Below, in pieces: positions 62,156 to 64,000 of a stretch of DNA of 64,000 nucleotides. The DNA comes from Massalongia carnosa (lineage: Eukaryota). The position numbers were made by a program, and so were the translations under genes. The notes beneath the pieces were generated by a model. The model was not told the origin of the DNA and did no database searches. It worked only from the letters and a program-made list of their open reading frames with translations. Each line of letters starts with the position of its first letter. The first letter of the stretch is position 1. Location: positions 62,001 to 126,000 of the forward strand of contig OZ287078.1 in assembly GCA_965645245.1 (NCBI GenBank), in the 5' to 3' direction.

Positions 62156-62987
62156 TGTTGGAATACTCGCTTAGCCCCATCAGTTCTAGCTCAGCCCTGC
62201 AGGCTGCCATGACTGCTATAAGCAGTCACCTCCGTAGTAATTTCAACATTATGCCGTCAACTGTTTATTTAACAGGTTATGAGTCCCGGGTTTGTGCTTT
62301 GCGCCCCTCCGACGGCATCCTTCATGCATAGACTACGTACTATCATGTCGTATCAAGAAGATGATGAGGTGAAAGTTCGTGGAAAGCGCGAAAACGAAGC
62401 GGAAACGACATCGAAAGGGATGAGAAACGAAGCGGAAACGAAGCGGAAACGTCATCGAAAGTGGTGTACGTACGAAACGTGCTGAGGAGGACATCTACAA
62501 CGGGCGGTGCCTCGAAGACTTCACATCTTGCATTACTGGTCAGATCAGCAAGGGGAGATAAAAGCCCTGCGATCAGGCCACCAACGTCAATGGTCTGTAG
62601 GAAAATGTCTAACAGAGACATCGAGAAAAGCCCTGCTCAGGCCATCAATAAAACACGTCCATAGTACTCTTCCCATCCATCCATACACTCACAAAAGCTA
62701 CGTTTCAAGAGATGGTTATGGGTTTAATGAGGCTACAAAGCAGGACAACAAAAGACATAAGAAAGAACTACGTGCTTAGGGAAAATGGAGTCAGAGGGAG
62801 CTAGATTCGTTCCGCAAGGGGAGCGAATCGGACACAGCTGGATGAATCACTTCGCAAGGGGAGTGATAAAAGCTGGATAGTTTCAATTATGGAGGCGAAA
62901 GGGGAGCCACGCTCGAAGGGGAGTGTTGGAATACTCGCTTAGCCCTGCAGGCTGCCATGACTGCTATAAGCAGTCACCTCCGTAGTA
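62156..62987 (+). mobile_element. TRIM-like mini LTR retroelement, copy 2 (3' LTR interrupted)
   Basis: 5' LTR 62156-62274, PBS at 62275, 3' LTR starting at 62924 and cut at ~62987. Near-identical to copy 1. Confidence 0.92.
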
Positions 62988-64000
62988 CAAAAACTTTCGC
63001 ACTTTTTAGCTAGCACTAGAAATTGCATTCGTTACCCATACAAGCCCTCAATAGTCATTGTGATCACGTAGAATTGCTCCCCGACTCTGTAGCTATCTTG
63101 GCCGAAAGTTATATCGTCCCTTCTGTTGTGGCTGCATTGTGGCAAACATGGGGAGCTCTTTTGTCGTGCCCAACGACGCCCCCCCCGATTCACTAGACGA
63201 GCATCGTCACTTCCTCACCAATGTGCTTAATAACTTAAGTAACTGCGAGGCATATCAGAAGCAAAGACCTATGAAGGTTCAGTCTTACACCCCGTTACTC
63301 TCCAGTATGCTCAGCCTACTGGAGAAGATGCGCAACCAGCCCACAATGGATCAGCTCCAAGCTACTATCAACCAAATAAAGAACACTAGAGCAAACGCTC
63401 ACTAAAGTCACCTATGTCGAGCGCAAGCAAGACACCGCCCGCACAACACCCACTACCTCCTCCGCGGCCACTACTGGCTACAAGAGGACAATAACCTGGG
63501 CAGAACGGGCAGCCTTTGCTGCCTCGGCCTCAACGATCTCTACGCTTTCGGGGACGTCCATCCCCGCTCCTATACTAGAAGAGAAAGCTCGTGAAATCGT
63601 CGTCAAACTGAACAACGAAGCCATAGCAAAGGATCTGGCCAAACTGGCCTCCTCAGCGCTCAAAGACAGAATCAACGCGGCAATATCTAACGCGTTAAAG
63701 GATCATAACAACACGAGAATTCCGACCAATCAAAACGCTCCCGCCCCCCCTATTTCCAATGGCACAGCCAAGGCAGCAGCCGTAGCAATAGCAGCAAGGG
63801 TCCTCCCTAGCGGAGACCTACAGGTAATAGTCAACAACGCCTCAGACACGGAACGCCTAAGAAAAGACACCCGATGGGCCATCAGGCTATCGAGCAAAGC
63901 TACTATAATACAGCCAAGCTTCGGCTTAATCGCGCACTTTGTACCGGCTAATCTAAGCATGACAGACATCAAGGAACGCCTCTGGGAGGAAAATAAGTCA
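62988..64000 (+). mobile_element. 5' end of a Tad-like LINE (degenerate ORF1), running off the window
   Basis: ITWAERAA, REIVVKLN, RINAAI, ARVLPSGDLQV, RWAIRL and FGLIAH match the pattern of fungal LINE ORF1. Stop at 63403. Confidence 0.75.

Noticed and set aside
60020..62779. Duplicated 68-129 aa ORFs as genes
   Set aside because: They lie inside the TRIM copies, differ by indels and have no recognisable domains.
1..64000. tRNA, rRNA or ribozyme genes
   Set aside because: None recognised by eye; only short tRNA-complementary PBS motifs. A covariance-model scan would be needed to exclude them.

Overview
Eukaryotic DNA, most likely from a filamentous ascomycete. About 80% of the window is transposable elements, many nested, and most boundaries can be fixed from LTRs, TIRs and target-site duplications (TSDs). 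Elements found: 4 Ty1/Copia, 1 chromodomain Ty3/Gypsy, 2 Mutator-like (MULE), 5 Tc1/IS630-type elements or fragments, 1 tyrosine-recombinase (DIRS/Ngaro-type) retrotransposon, 2 TRIM copies, several solo LTRs and the 5' end of a Tad-like LINE. Removing the insertions reveals a head-to-head host gene pair. One gene is a HeLo-like + pseudokinase (MLKL-like architecture, minus strand, 3075-4911). The other is a kinase + ankyrin + WW-like gene (plus strand, 5280 to ~33913) split by ~25.8 kb of nested TEs. Both are pseudogenised. A MOD-A/'modin'-like gene truncated by a MULE lies further on. The pair is the best candidate for an undescribed system, a possible fungal RIPK/MLKL-like cell-death module. 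All protein-family calls come from motif recognition by eye; no database search was run.
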